Of a stretch of 64,000 nucleotides of DNA, positions 1 through 9,752 are shown in pieces (the first letter of the stretch is position 1; every line of letters starts with the position of its first letter). The notes below the pieces were generated by a model that worked only from the letters and a program-made list of their open reading frames with translations, did no database searches and had not been told where the DNA came from. The position numbers and the translations under genes were made by a program. Source of the stretch: Bacteroidales bacterium. Its GTDB lineage: Bacteria > Bacteroidota > Bacteroidia > Bacteroidales > UBA932. The stretch is taken from NCBI GenBank assembly GCA_017551785.1, contig JAFZKU010000010.1, forward strand, positions 3,980-67,979. The letters run 5' to 3'.

Positions 1-3000
1 ACACTCCAAGCTGCTCATTCAGATAAGCACGCTGTTCAGCCGGCAAGGTCTGCCAGACCTTCCGGACGTCGACGCTGTCCAGAAGGGCATCAGCAGTCGT
101 GGGGATGGGAGTACCGGCCGGAAGCATGTCAGCCCACTTGCTTTCAAAATCTTTCAGCGTGGTGATGTTCGGCTCCCACGGTTCGGTGTCGTCTGGATAG
201 ACCGGATCGTACTCATCGTAGGCATATTCGTCGGCCAGGCCGGCGAAGGCATGCCCGAACTCATGCACGAAGACGATGCCCGAAGTGGGATGGTCGCTGC
301 AGGCCACGGACATATTGTTATAGATGCCACCGCCGCCATAGAGCGGAGTGTTCACCAGGATTATCACATGCTCGAACGGCACCGTCCCCAGCGCATCGTA
401 GAGCTTGCGCATGGACGAAGTCGTGAGGTATCGGGCGCTGTAGAACGTATCGTAATGCGAAGCCACGGCGGTGTCGTGCCATACGCCTTCGCGGGGCACG
501 CTGGGACCCTCTTCGGCAGAAGGCACGAAGACTGCGCGGATGTTGAATCGGTTGCGGTATGACACGTAAGGCTCCGTAGCGAAGAGGCAGTCGCGCACCA
601 GTTTGGCAGCATCGGCATAGAACTTCTCGCGCTGGCCGGCCAGATAACCCTCGCTGATTACCACGAGATCCACGGCCTTATCGACAGAGCCACCCTCCTG
701 CAGCATCCTCAGCTCCCCCTTCGACGACAGACTCGGCTGCCCGGCCTCATCACCCTGCACAGACCTGATCAGTATATCCGCCGGATCCACTTCATGCACT
801 ATCTGCGCCGCCACGGCAGCATGAGTGTCGAAGAGCGTCACCTCCACCGTCACAGGCTCGCGGGGGAACGGCACCTGCAGGCATATCTCGAAGGCGCGGG
901 CGCGAGACTCGGCCTCGGGCGTAGCCAGCCACTCCTGAAACAGCGAAGAGAAGCCGTTCTTGTAGAGCAACTGTCCGGAGCGCGCGTCGCGGACTACGAC
1001 CTGCCCGTTGCCCCTGAGCAGCAGTGTGTCCAGATTACTGCGACGCCCGGCCCATACAGAGGTCCGCAGCATGTCTTCCAGATAAATATCCTGGCGGGAT
1101 GCATCACCTGCCAGCACATAGTCGAGCCGCAGAGTGGCATCCTCGAAGAATCCGTCGAAGGTCAGCTCGCGAGGCGGGAACACAGCCCCTGCAGGCTCCT
1201 CCCCCATCTCGAACTCCAGCGTGCCTCCTCTCATAATGCGACGATGTTTCAGGAACGGCCGCTTCAGCACCCGCCCGTTCAGAGTAACCTTCTGCACATA
1301 ATCTCCCCTGCCGGAAGTAACTATGGTAAAGGTCCGCCCGTTCTCCAGATGCAGCACGGCATTTCTGAAGGCAGGAGCGCCGAGCGCATACTCGCCGCTG
1401 CCCGGACACACCGGATAGAAGCCCAGCGTGGCAAAGATGTACCACGCACTCATCTGCCCGGAGTCGTCGTTGCCGCTCAGCCCGCCCGGAGTGTTGCGGT
1501 ATTCCGTAGCGATTATGTCCCGCACCGCAGCCTGAGTCTTCCAGGGCTGCGAAGTATAGTCGTAGAGCCACGCCACCTGATGGCAGGGCTCATTGCCGTG
1601 CCAGTAGCGCTTCTCGGTAAACATTGAGTCAAGACGTGCGATGAAGACCTCCTCCCCTCCCATCTCCTTGATGAGGCCGGGAACGTCCTGCGGCACATAC
1701 CACGCATAGTGGGCCGGAGTGCCCTCAGTGATGAACGAAGTCTTCTGCAGATAATTGTCGTCGGTGAGGAAGCTGCCGTCGGCATAGCGGCCCTGCGGCC
1801 AGTGGGTGACGGGACTGAACACGTTGCGCCAGTTGCCGGAGCGCTTGCGGAAGCGAATCCAGTCGGCGAAATGCCCCAGCCGGCGGGCCATCTGAGAGAG
1901 GCACCAGTCGTCATAGGCATACTCCATAGTCCGGGATACCTGCTCCTTCTTGTGGAAGGCAAAAGGCACCTCGTCTTCCAGCGGCACATAGCCATACTGC
2001 AGATAAGATTGCAGCGCCCTGCGGCCCCGCCCGTCCTCATACAGGCTGTCGGAAGGCGTCTCGAGGGCATTCTGCCGCATCGCCTTGTAGGCCTTGCTGA
2101 CGTCGAAGCCACGGATACCCTTGGTCCAGGCATCCACAATCATGCTGACGCAGTGGTCGCCTATCATTGCGCTGGTGTAGCTGCCCCAGCAGGGAAAGAT
2201 GGGCAGCCAGCCGCCGCGGTCGTATTTGCGCAGCAGGGCATTCACCATCTCGGAAACCCGCGAGGGCTCGATTATAGTAAGCAGCGGATGCAGGGCACGG
2301 TATGTGTCCCACATCGAGAAATCGTCGTAATCCGCAGCCTCTCCGGCGTCGCTCACGGTGCGGGGAAGCAGCGACGCCCTCCACAGCGAGCCGTAGAAAT
2401 GCTTCACCACCTCCTCGTCTGCCCCGTCCACATCGATAAGGGCAAAGCGGGCCTCCCAGATTGAATCGAGGTCAGCCTTGACGGAGTAGAAGTCCCAGCC
2501 GGGAATCTCGGCCGCAAGGTTGGCCCGCGCAGCCTCTATGCTCTTGAACGACGAAGCAGCCTTCACCACATGCAGGCCGCGGGTCTTGAAGCGTACCAGC
2601 ACAGTCTCTCCTGGCACATATTCCACTACTTCGAACTCTTCGTCGCAAAGCACGGTAAAATGCCCGCTGAAGCCGGCAGGCCGGCCGCTGCCCTGATAGA
2701 TGCGGTGCACAGGATTGCTGCCGGCAATCTCACGAGAGCCGTCGGCAGGGCGTTCCAGCACCCCTTCCTTCTCATCGCTGATGACGGTGATGCGCAGATA
2801 TTCGCAGTCCTCGAAACGGAAGATGGCGCTGTGGCTGCGACCAGTCATCTCCCAGCCGCCAGCCGAATAATAAGAAGGTGTAGCGACCTCTGAAGAGTGG
2901 TCCAGCGGCAGAGGCTCCGAAGAGGGCAGGATGGCGAAAGAACCGTAGTCCTGGGTGGCACCACCGCTAAGCCAGTGGCTGGCCCTGAAGCCCAGCAGTT

Positions 3001-3235
3001 CGCTGTCCTCATAGTAATACGGGCTGACACCCTTGCGCTCCGTCTGACGGGTCTGCGGCGTCCAGAATGTGTGGCCGTGCGGCTCCGTGACGCAGGGTAT
3101 GATGTTGCCATGCACCTCACCCCCGCTGCCGAATATACTGGCAGTGGGTGAGTCGCTTACAGCCGTCCCGACGCGGGTATCAACCCCGGAGACCGGTATG
3201 ACGGCCAGCAGTATGGCTATGAGAAGACCGTGCAT
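1..3235 (-). CDS. Partial CDS (C-terminus beyond left edge): GH92 alpha-mannosidase-like domain fused in frame to a peptidase M64 (IgA-peptidase-like) N-domain and catalytic domain
   Basis: I translated the minus strand by hand from the ATG at 3235 (MHGLLIAILLAVIPVSG...). It stays open for more than 1078 codons to position 1. It is absent from the ORF track, presumably because there is no stop in the window, and no other listed minus-strand ORF uses this frame. GH92 hallmarks: SMWDTYRALHPL, MIGDHCVSMIVDAWTKGIRGFD, SRTMEYAYDDW, EGTPAHYAWYVPQD, GNEPCHQVAWLYDY, GNDDSGQMSAWYIFATLGFYPV. It then continues without a stop into LTFDGFFEDATLRLDYVLAGD (M64_N-like), VNTPLYGGGGIYNN and HEFGHAFAGLADEY (HEFGH codons at 251-265). 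Confidence 0.8.
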   Translation of the reverse strand, partial: MHGLLIAILLAVIPVSGVDTRVGTAVSDSPTASIFGSGGEVHGNIIPCVTEPHGHTFWTPQTRQTERKGVSPYYYEDSELLGFRASHWLSGGATQDYGSFAILPSSEPLPLDHSSEVATPSYYSAGGWEMTGRSHSAIFRFEDCEYLRITVISDEKEGVLERPADGSREIAGSNPVHRIYQGSGRPAGFSGHFTVLCDEEFEVVEYVPGETVLVRFKTRGLHVVKAASSFKSIEAARANLAAEIPGWDFYSVKADLDSIWEARFALIDVDGADEEVVKHFYGSLWRASLLPRTVSDAGEAADYDDFSMWDTYRALHPLLTIIEPSRVSEMVNALLRKYDRGGWLPIFPCWGSYTSAMIGDHCVSMIVDAWTKGIRGFDVSKAYKAMRQNALETPSDSLYEDGRGRRALQSYLQYGYVPLEDEVPFAFHKKEQVSRTMEYAYDDWCLSQMARRLGHFADWIRFRKRSGNWRNVFSPVTHWPQGRYADGSFLTDDNYLQKTSFITEGTPAHYAWYVPQDVPGLIKEMGGEEVFIARLDSMFTEKRYWHGNEPCHQVAWLYDYTSQPWKTQAAVRDIIATEYRNTPGGLSGNDDSGQMSAWYIFATLGFYPVCPGSGEYALGAPAFRNAVLHLENGRTFTIVTSGRGDYVQKVTLNGRVLKRPFLKHRRIMRGGTLEFEMGEEPAGAVFPPRELTFDGFFEDATLRLDYVLAGDASRQDIYLEDMLRTSVWAGRRSNLDTLLLRGNGQVVVRDARSGQLLYKNGFSSLFQEWLATPEAESRARAFEICLQVPFPREPVTVEVTLFDTHAAVAAQIVHEVDPADILIRSVQGDEAGQPSLSSKGELRMLQEGGSVDKAVDLVVISEGYLAGQREKFYADAAKLVRDCLFATEPYVSYRNRFNIRAVFVPSAEEGPSVPREGVWHDTAVASHYDTFYSARYLTTSSMRKLYDALGTVPFEHVIILVNTPLYGGGGIYNNMSVACSDHPTSGIVFVHEFGHAFAGLADEYAYDEYDPVYPDDTEPWEPNITTLKDFESKWADMLPAGTPIPTTADALLDSVDVRKVWQTLPAEQRAYLNEQLGV

Positions 3236-3241
3236 GCTGCT

Positions 3242-4765
3242 CTACCTCTGCCTTTGATATTCGCTGTCCAGAGGGAGGTTGGTAAAGGTAGGAGTAGCTA
3301 CCGCGGCGGGTTGCCAGCCGTCGGCACGTCCGAACACTGTGAAGTCGATCACACCCAGCGGCTGAGCCTTCGGCCAGTCTGTGATGGTAAGGCGCACGAA
3401 GCGGGCCTGTACGGCCGGGAAGTCCTCATAGAAGGTGTCGCGGGGAGTGTCATTGCCAGTGCAGTCGAGGGCGGTGGTGTATTTCTCTCCGTCCATGGAC
3501 ACTTCCAGCTTGAACTTGTAGACCGGCAGAGCTCCGCCGCCGCGCATGCCGCCGAAACCGCGGCGCGCACCGCTGCCGAAGAGTATACGCATGCCGTCTA
3601 CCTTGAAGAGCTGAACCACGTCGAAACGGGTGGCCGGAGACAGTTCGATGGTGAGCTGAGGGGCCGCATCGTCAGCTGCGGGACGCCAGATAGTGCCACT
3701 GAAGTCATCCACTGCGTATGCTGCAGGGAAGCCCTCCTGCTCTGAAGAACACTTCGACAGGGCGTTCATAGCCAGCATCTTGTTGATGGTGACGGGGATT
3801 GAAGGGAGCTTGTCTGGATCAGCCTTCACTCCCGGGGCCGGCTGGGGGCTGTCAGTCACAGTCACGCTCATCAGGCCGTCCTCGTCGAAGGTGACGCGGT
3901 CCATGCCGATGCGGCGGCCTCCCGGAGGGTTCGAAAGCACTATGGTGTAGAACTGCCACCACTCGCCGTCGGGAGCCTGCACGATAGAGCCGTGCGCAGT
4001 GCCAGTCACAAGGCCTTCGGTCTTGCGCAGCAGCGGGTTGTTGGCTGCGTAGGTGTAGGGGCCGAGCGGAGAAGTGGCTGTATAGTAACCTTCAGCATAA
4101 GTCTTCCACTGAGTGCCGGAGGCAGAATATTCCAGATAATAGATGCCATTGCGCTTGATGACCCAAGGACCCTCGATCCAGGCCACGCCGGGATATTCGT
4201 TCTTCTCGCCGTAGCGCTCCCAGGCGTGCATCGGGTTGAAGCCGAAAAGATGCACCGGAGTGCCCACGAAGGTGGTCAGGTCATTCGGGTCGAGCTTGAC
4301 GCCGTAGATGCCGCTGATGCCGCGGCCGGGCCAGAACAGATAAGGCTGGCCGTCGTCATCCACGAAGATCTTGGTGTCGAAACCGCCGTTCCACCCCTGC
4401 TCCACCGGACCTGTGTTCTTGAAGGTGCCGAGGTTCTCGAAGGGTCCGAGAGGGTTGTCTGCCACATAGAGGTTGTCAGTGTTGCCGGAGAGATAGAACT
4501 TGCCTTTGTACTTGACGATGTCGGGGGCAACGGGAACTCCCTGAACGTAGTGGAACTCCCAGTTCAGCAGGTCGTCAGACACCCAGGCGCCGCCGCCGGT
4601 GCAATACATGTAATACTTGCCGCCTTCCTCAAGGACGGTAACGTCGCCGGAAGCGCTGCCCCCCTGCCCCATCGGCATCGGGAGCGGATTGCAGTAGCGG
4701 GGCTGAGCCATTGCGGTTGCTGCGCAGAGCAGGATTGCAGCCGCCAGAAAGATCTTCGTTTTCAT
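3242..4765 (-). CDS. Secreted glycoside hydrolase family 43 with C-terminal F5/8 type C (discoidin/CBM32-like) domain
   Basis: ORF 3242..4819. The likely start is the internal MKTKIFLAAAILLCAATAMAQ signal peptide at 4765. The N-terminal beta-propeller region is GH43-like (YCNPLPMP..., GGAWVSDDLLNWEF, WIEGPWVIKRNGIYYLEYSA). The C-terminus has FVRLTITDW and VIDFTVFG, typical of discoidin domains. Confidence 0.8.
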   Translation of the reverse strand: MKTKIFLAAAILLCAATAMAQPRYCNPLPMPMGQGGSASGDVTVLEEGGKYYMYCTGGGAWVSDDLLNWEFHYVQGVPVAPDIVKYKGKFYLSGNTDNLYVADNPLGPFENLGTFKNTGPVEQGWNGGFDTKIFVDDDGQPYLFWPGRGISGIYGVKLDPNDLTTFVGTPVHLFGFNPMHAWERYGEKNEYPGVAWIEGPWVIKRNGIYYLEYSASGTQWKTYAEGYYTATSPLGPYTYAANNPLLRKTEGLVTGTAHGSIVQAPDGEWWQFYTIVLSNPPGGRRIGMDRVTFDEDGLMSVTVTDSPQPAPGVKADPDKLPSIPVTINKMLAMNALSKCSSEQEGFPAAYAVDDFSGTIWRPAADDAAPQLTIELSPATRFDVVQLFKVDGMRILFGSGARRGFGGMRGGGALPVYKFKLEVSMDGEKYTTALDCTGNDTPRDTFYEDFPAVQARFVRLTITDWPKAQPLGVIDFTVFGRADGWQPAAVATPTFTNLPLDSEYQRQR

Positions 4766-4898
4766 GAGATGAATGGTTTCTGTATATACTATATATATAA
4801 AGGTAGCGATTATCTGCAAAAAGTTTTAACTTTCTTCGTCGTTAGTGTAGTTTTTCAGACGAATCTGCGTCTAATGTGCAAAACAAACAAGACAGACA

Positions 4899-5369
4899 AT
4901 GACAGAACGAGAATTTGAAAACATCGTAAGGGAGCACAAAGGCACCATCTACACAGTGTGCTACATGTTCTCGAACGACCGCGACGAGGTGGCAGACCTC
5001 TTCCAGGAAACTTTGATAAACCTCTGGCGGGGTTCCGGAACCTTCCGAGGCGACAGCGCGCTGAACTCCTGGATCTGGAAAGTAGCCCTCAACACATGCA
5101 TTTCCTACGACCGCAAGCGCAAGCGCGGCATCACTACCGAGCCTCTCTCGATGAACATCGACCTTTTCGACGACACTGCCGAAGAGAACCGTCAGATCAC
5201 TCTTTTGAGAGACCGCATCGGCAAGCTGGGCCCCTTCGACCGCGCGATAGTCCTGCTCTGGCTCGAAAACCTCAGCTACGAAGAGATCGGCCAGATCGTG
5301 GGAATCTCTCCCGGCAATGTCTCAGTCCGTCTTGTCAGAATCAGAGAACAACTTAAAAAGATGCAGTAA
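4899..5369 (+). CDS. ECF-type RNA polymerase sigma-70 family factor
   Basis: 156 aa. Region 2 (DLFQETLINLWR) and region 4 (LLWLENLSYEEIGQIVGISPGNVSVRLVRIREQLKK) are recognisable. Confidence 0.85.
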   Translation: MTEREFENIVREHKGTIYTVCYMFSNDRDEVADLFQETLINLWRGSGTFRGDSALNSWIWKVALNTCISYDRKRKRGITTEPLSMNIDLFDDTAEENRQITLLRDRIGKLGPFDRAIVLLWLENLSYEEIGQIVGISPGNVSVRLVRIREQLKKMQ

Positions 5370-5371
5370 TT

Positions 5372-5950
5372 ATGGAAACCAACGATATCAACCTCCGTGA
5401 AATGCAGGAGCAGATGAAAGTGCTCCGAGAGAAACTCGAAAACGAGAAAGTCATCAACCAAAGGATAATGCGCAGGACCTGCAGCATGACAGCAAACCGC
5501 CTGAAAGTTAAAGCCAACGCGCCCATCCTCTTAGGAGTGGCTGCAATCCTGCTGTCCCCTTCATACCTCCAGCTTGGAGCGTCGCTCTATACTGTAATAA
5601 TCACCTGCGTACTGATGCTCGTCTGCATAGCAGCTACTATCATCTGCAACCGCCACATACCCAGCATGGACAGCGACCTGGTGACGGCAGCCGAGGAACT
5701 CACCAAGTTCAAGAAGTTCCACGCCGAGTGGATCAAGTTCGCCCTTCCAGCCGTCGTAGTCTGGGTAGGAATTGTTGTATGGGACGTCCTCAGGGGCGCT
5801 GAAATGAGCCAGACGCAGAGCATCGCCTTCCTCTGCGGCGTCGCAGTCGGCGTAATCCTCGGCGGCCTTCTTGGCCTCAAACTCCGCCGCCAGCAGATGG
5901 ATGCTGCCGACGAATTGCTGGAGCAGATCGAGGAGCTGAAGAGAGGGTAG
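5372..5950 (+). CDS. Membrane protein co-transcribed with the ECF sigma factor (possible non-FecR-type anti-sigma factor)
   Basis: It starts 3 nt after the sigma gene stop. The N-terminus is charged and coiled-coil-like (REMQEQMKVLREKLENEK), followed by about four hydrophobic segments. No recognisable family motif. Confidence 0.45.
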   Translation: METNDINLREMQEQMKVLREKLENEKVINQRIMRRTCSMTANRLKVKANAPILLGVAAILLSPSYLQLGASLYTVIITCVLMLVCIAATIICNRHIPSMDSDLVTAAEELTKFKKFHAEWIKFALPAVVVWVGIVVWDVLRGAEMSQTQSIAFLCGVAVGVILGGLLGLKLRRQQMDAADELLEQIEELKRG

Positions 5951-5968
5951 AAGGTCTCGAGATAACAA

Positions 5969-6003
5969 TAGCTCCCTTTGACGATATGTGCCAAAGGGAG
6001 CTA
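5969..6003. terminator. Bidirectional stem-loop between convergent genes
   Basis: Perfect 12-bp inverted repeat TAGCTCCCTTTG (5969-5980) / CAAAGGGAGCTA (5992-6003) with an 11-nt loop. It lies between the stop at 5950 (+) and the stop at 6024 (-). Confidence 0.6.
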
Positions 6004-6023
6004 ATTATTTAATAATGGTTTGA

Positions 6024-9000
6024 TTACTCGTAGTAACCGTAGTTAATAACAATTTGAGAAATTTGATTGGGAGTACTTCCGGCTGCCATAGTAATCGTTA
6101 CTGAGGTATCACCTGCTCCTGTGGCTGTACTAGATGCAGTCCATGTTTTCTTATCACTTGACATACTACCTATTGAAGCGCTTACTGTTCTATCATTTCT
6201 ACGATAGGTAATTGTAGCGCTAGTCAACTTACATCCATAAAGAGTAGAATTTGCTGCTGATAATACAATCGTACCAGCAGCTGAGGTTGATCCTATCTGC
6301 ATATAATAATTATTACCATTCTTAACACCAGTAGTATTAGTGAAATCTATAGTAATATTGGATGATTCATGGTAGAAACCTCCTTCCGCATTATTATAGT
6401 TCGATGAACTAACGGTAAGCGTGATACTTCCTGTTTTCCATTCTTTGAAATGTAGTGTAGCAGGATTTGATGTGGTGGCATCTACAAGCTCAGAAAGCAT
6501 TGCTGTTGCAGTGACATACTTATATCCATTATTGTAATAACGATACCAGAAATACACAACAGCATCGTCATTAACCAAAGTGAATTTATTCATATTCATT
6601 GTCAATGCACTATTATTCAAGTAAGAGTTCGAAAAATATGAGCCAGTAAAATAATCGTACGATGACGTATTGTTCACATACACATATGTACTATTACCTG
6701 TCGTGAAATTTGAGGGATTGCCTGTAGATACATTTCTGATATAGACCGCATTCTTCGGTACCGTGAAGGAAGTTTCACGATTAATGGTCTTAGAGGCTTC
6801 GTTATAGTTGTCGCTACTGAGAGTGACAGTGCCGGAGCTGAAGCGGGTTGTAGACTTCAGAGATATCGATTGTGAAGTGTTAGTGTTGTTAGGCGTGAAT
6901 GTGTATGTTCCGTCGCCGTTATCAAACATTCTGGAGTCTGTGCCATTGAGTGTCAGGCCGGACATCGCAATCGTAATAGGTTCTATCAGACCGTCTACAT
7001 ATTGGAAACTGAACGTTGTTGTCTTGTTCAGGCCCAGTGGAAGAGTAGAAGGATTGCTGAATGCAAGATTACTGAATGAAGCCCCCTGGATAGTGATAGC
7101 TGAAGATGCCAGAGATGCATAAAGCAGAGGATTATCGGAAAGATTGGCAGTCGAGAGCGTAACCATGCCAGATGAACCGATTGCTCCCGTAGCTTTGAGT
7201 GCAAGGTTTACAGTTGCCATCGTACTTGTAGGGGTACCGGTACCGACATAATAGAGGTAAGTATTACCGCTTGAGTGCACTAGTCCTGTTGTCACCGGAG
7301 TCTCACCATCATCCTGATATTGAGGCGTGAAGCCATTTAGAGTGACTGTCATGATGGGAGGAAGCACCCTATTTGAGGTTGACAGACCCTTTTCCCTTGC
7401 CTGCTCAGCACTTGAACTCTGATTAAGAGCATTGGTCGGATCCCACCATACTGTCGTTGCCGAGCTGTGGGCGCTATCCATTACGAAGGTAAACGTAGTG
7501 TTTCCATTGCGATAGATAGTAGTGGGTACAGTACTCCATGTGAACAACCTCTGAGAATAATTGTAGAACAAGTCGCTGGCCTGTGCATCTTTGAAGAAAC
7601 GGTTCTTAACGTAAATGGTGCTGGCATTCTGGGCTACAGTCGTCTTGAAGTGGCAATCAAAGACTTTCCATGTCTTACCATTTTCCGTAACCGTCCCCAG
7701 CGCATCGTATTGCGCCTGGGTAAGTGTCTTCACGAAATAGTAGGCTGGACCATCATGATTTTCGATCGTCGATGTACCATAGGCAACAGGCATGACATCT
7801 CCATTCGGAGTCAAGCTGTAAGCATCAGCTTCTATCGTAAATTCAAGAGGGAATACTGATCGGGAAAGACCGGTAGGAATCTTTATACGAAGCACTTCCT
7901 GCTCCCCGGCTTTCTCGGCAACATATTTCTGCTGACAGTTCACGATTAGATCCTGTCGCGGAGACGTCTTGATTACTACGTTTCGGCTCATCTCCCTGTT
8001 GTCATAGATACCAGTCACGTGAATAGCCATAGAACGTTCCTGAGTGAAGTAATCATCTTCATCTTTGTATGATTCACTAAGCTCATACTTGATCATACCC
8101 CACTTTTCAATATTAGGATCATTGATCTCCGTCGTTGCTTTTACCCATCTGTTGTTGGAACGGACGAAAGGAACAGCCACATTGTTCTCCTTTACTATCC
8201 ACACCTTATAATTGTTTCCCTCAGTCTTGAATGTCAAAATATTCTGACTTGCTGCTTCTGAAGTAGTGAGTTCAGTAAATGCACCAGTATTGGCATTGTA
8301 AGAACCCACTTTTATTGTAACGAGTTCATTACCTTCCTGGTTGGCAGTATAATTATCATCTGTAATATTGGTAGGGATATAACGGAACATCAAAGAGTCA
8401 GTCTGCGGCTGGACATAGAACTGCTCTGTGAAAGAAGTACCGATGCTTGACTTACCATCGGATATGTTTATAAGGTTCTGGTAGGTAGGGTCTCCAGAAA
8501 CAGTTGCTGAAGATGCCTTGGACGCCTTGTTGATATCCGTTTCACCAGTTCCAGCTTCAATACTAAGCAGATGGACAGTATATGTCTGATTACGGAGCAG
8601 CGGGATCGAAACACCTTCAGTATTCACAATATCCAGTGCATAATATTTATCACCTTCGCTGACAGGATTATTAGGATCTGTGCAATCAAACCTCTCCGCT
8701 TTAATAATCACGCGTGTTGCACGGCGGGAAGCATTAGGAATCGTACGCTCATAGACAAAGAGTACATTCTGTGTCAAATCGGATGAGTTCCACGTCTTCA
8801 TATCAGCGTCCGCGGGAATCTGGACATCCGTATTGCCGACGTAATAATTATATGACTGATCTGAGGGAGAATAACCTTCGTAATTAAACGGGGCGGATGT
8901 GAGAAGAGTATCTGATGCATTATTAGAATCTATCGAATATCTCTGATAATTCATGAAGAAGCTTTCGTAGTATACTCTCGTGGTATTATCCTCATCAGAC

Positions 9001-9752
9001 ACTTCCGGTATTGGTACACCCACAACATTGGATGAATATGGAGCAGAAAGAATCGGCGCTATCACACCTTCTGACGGAGCATATGCCAGGGCGAATTTCT
9101 TAATCACAACTTCCTGCTGACCATTGTAGATTGGAGTAAGGTTTCGCAGATATACACGAGCGAAGTTTCGTACAAGCACAATCGGGTTCGGAAACTGATT
9201 GGTGGTCGCAGTTGTAGGAATCCATACACCTTGGTTATTCTTCTCTGCCCTTATACCGTTAGGCAGTATGATTTTCTGCCAATAACCGTCGTTATATGAT
9301 TCGGAAAGCTGGGAACGAATCTTGGAAAGCACATTCTCTTCATTATCAGAACTACCCGAGATAGGCGGGCTCGTGCGGACAGAAACGGGACAGTTCGCGA
9401 TGAAATGCAAACGCAGACGGCTGTCGCTGACAGTGAAAGATGCTGAGAGCGTATAAATAGTACTACTTGTAGTGTCGTAATTGGCTGTAGCTGACTGGAC
9501 CGTCGCTTTCACCCATTCATTAAAATAGCCGCTGCCGCCGAATACAGCAACATAGAAGCCGTCAGGATCAATGGCCGGAGTATTGCCCATCGCCTTCGTT
9601 TCCTCACTGTCGGTGGGAATCGCCACCTGGAATGAGACTGTCACTTTCTCACCCTCAGGGGTATTGCCAAGCACCATTCCAGGCTCGTCAATAAGGTTGC
9701 AGCCGGCAATCATTGCCAGCGAAGCAAACAATATGTAGATGAATCGTCTCAT
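6024..9752 (-). CDS. Very large (1242 aa) S/T/N-rich surface lipoprotein, last gene of the pilus operon; putative tip or adhesin component
   Basis: Lipoprotein signal MRRFIYILFASLAMIAGC. Its start overlaps the upstream gene stop by 4 nt (9749-9752). No catalytic motifs recognised. The function is inferred from operon context only. Confidence 0.55.
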   Translation of the reverse strand: MRRFIYILFASLAMIAGCNLIDEPGMVLGNTPEGEKVTVSFQVAIPTDSEETKAMGNTPAIDPDGFYVAVFGGSGYFNEWVKATVQSATANYDTTSSTIYTLSASFTVSDSRLRLHFIANCPVSVRTSPPISGSSDNEENVLSKIRSQLSESYNDGYWQKIILPNGIRAEKNNQGVWIPTTATTNQFPNPIVLVRNFARVYLRNLTPIYNGQQEVVIKKFALAYAPSEGVIAPILSAPYSSNVVGVPIPEVSDEDNTTRVYYESFFMNYQRYSIDSNNASDTLLTSAPFNYEGYSPSDQSYNYYVGNTDVQIPADADMKTWNSSDLTQNVLFVYERTIPNASRRATRVIIKAERFDCTDPNNPVSEGDKYYALDIVNTEGVSIPLLRNQTYTVHLLSIEAGTGETDINKASKASSATVSGDPTYQNLINISDGKSSIGTSFTEQFYVQPQTDSLMFRYIPTNITDDNYTANQEGNELVTIKVGSYNANTGAFTELTTSEAASQNILTFKTEGNNYKVWIVKENNVAVPFVRSNNRWVKATTEINDPNIEKWGMIKYELSESYKDEDDYFTQERSMAIHVTGIYDNREMSRNVVIKTSPRQDLIVNCQQKYVAEKAGEQEVLRIKIPTGLSRSVFPLEFTIEADAYSLTPNGDVMPVAYGTSTIENHDGPAYYFVKTLTQAQYDALGTVTENGKTWKVFDCHFKTTVAQNASTIYVKNRFFKDAQASDLFYNYSQRLFTWSTVPTTIYRNGNTTFTFVMDSAHSSATTVWWDPTNALNQSSSAEQAREKGLSTSNRVLPPIMTVTLNGFTPQYQDDGETPVTTGLVHSSGNTYLYYVGTGTPTSTMATVNLALKATGAIGSSGMVTLSTANLSDNPLLYASLASSAITIQGASFSNLAFSNPSTLPLGLNKTTTFSFQYVDGLIEPITIAMSGLTLNGTDSRMFDNGDGTYTFTPNNTNTSQSISLKSTTRFSSGTVTLSSDNYNEASKTINRETSFTVPKNAVYIRNVSTGNPSNFTTGNSTYVYVNNTSSYDYFTGSYFSNSYLNNSALTMNMNKFTLVNDDAVVYFWYRYYNNGYKYVTATAMLSELVDATTSNPATLHFKEWKTGSITLTVSSSNYNNAEGGFYHESSNITIDFTNTTGVKNGNNYYMQIGSTSAAGTIVLSAANSTLYGCKLTSATITYRRNDRTVSASIGSMSSDKKTWTASSTATGAGDTSVTITMAAGSTPNQISQIVINYGYYE

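Noticed and set aside
251-3151. Many 60-277-aa ORFs listed in the first 3.2 kb (for example 794-1627+, 1709-2464+, 1513-2139-)
   Set aside because: All are out of frame or antisense relative to the single long minus-strand frame, which carries GH92 and M64 motifs throughout. None shows recognisable motifs.
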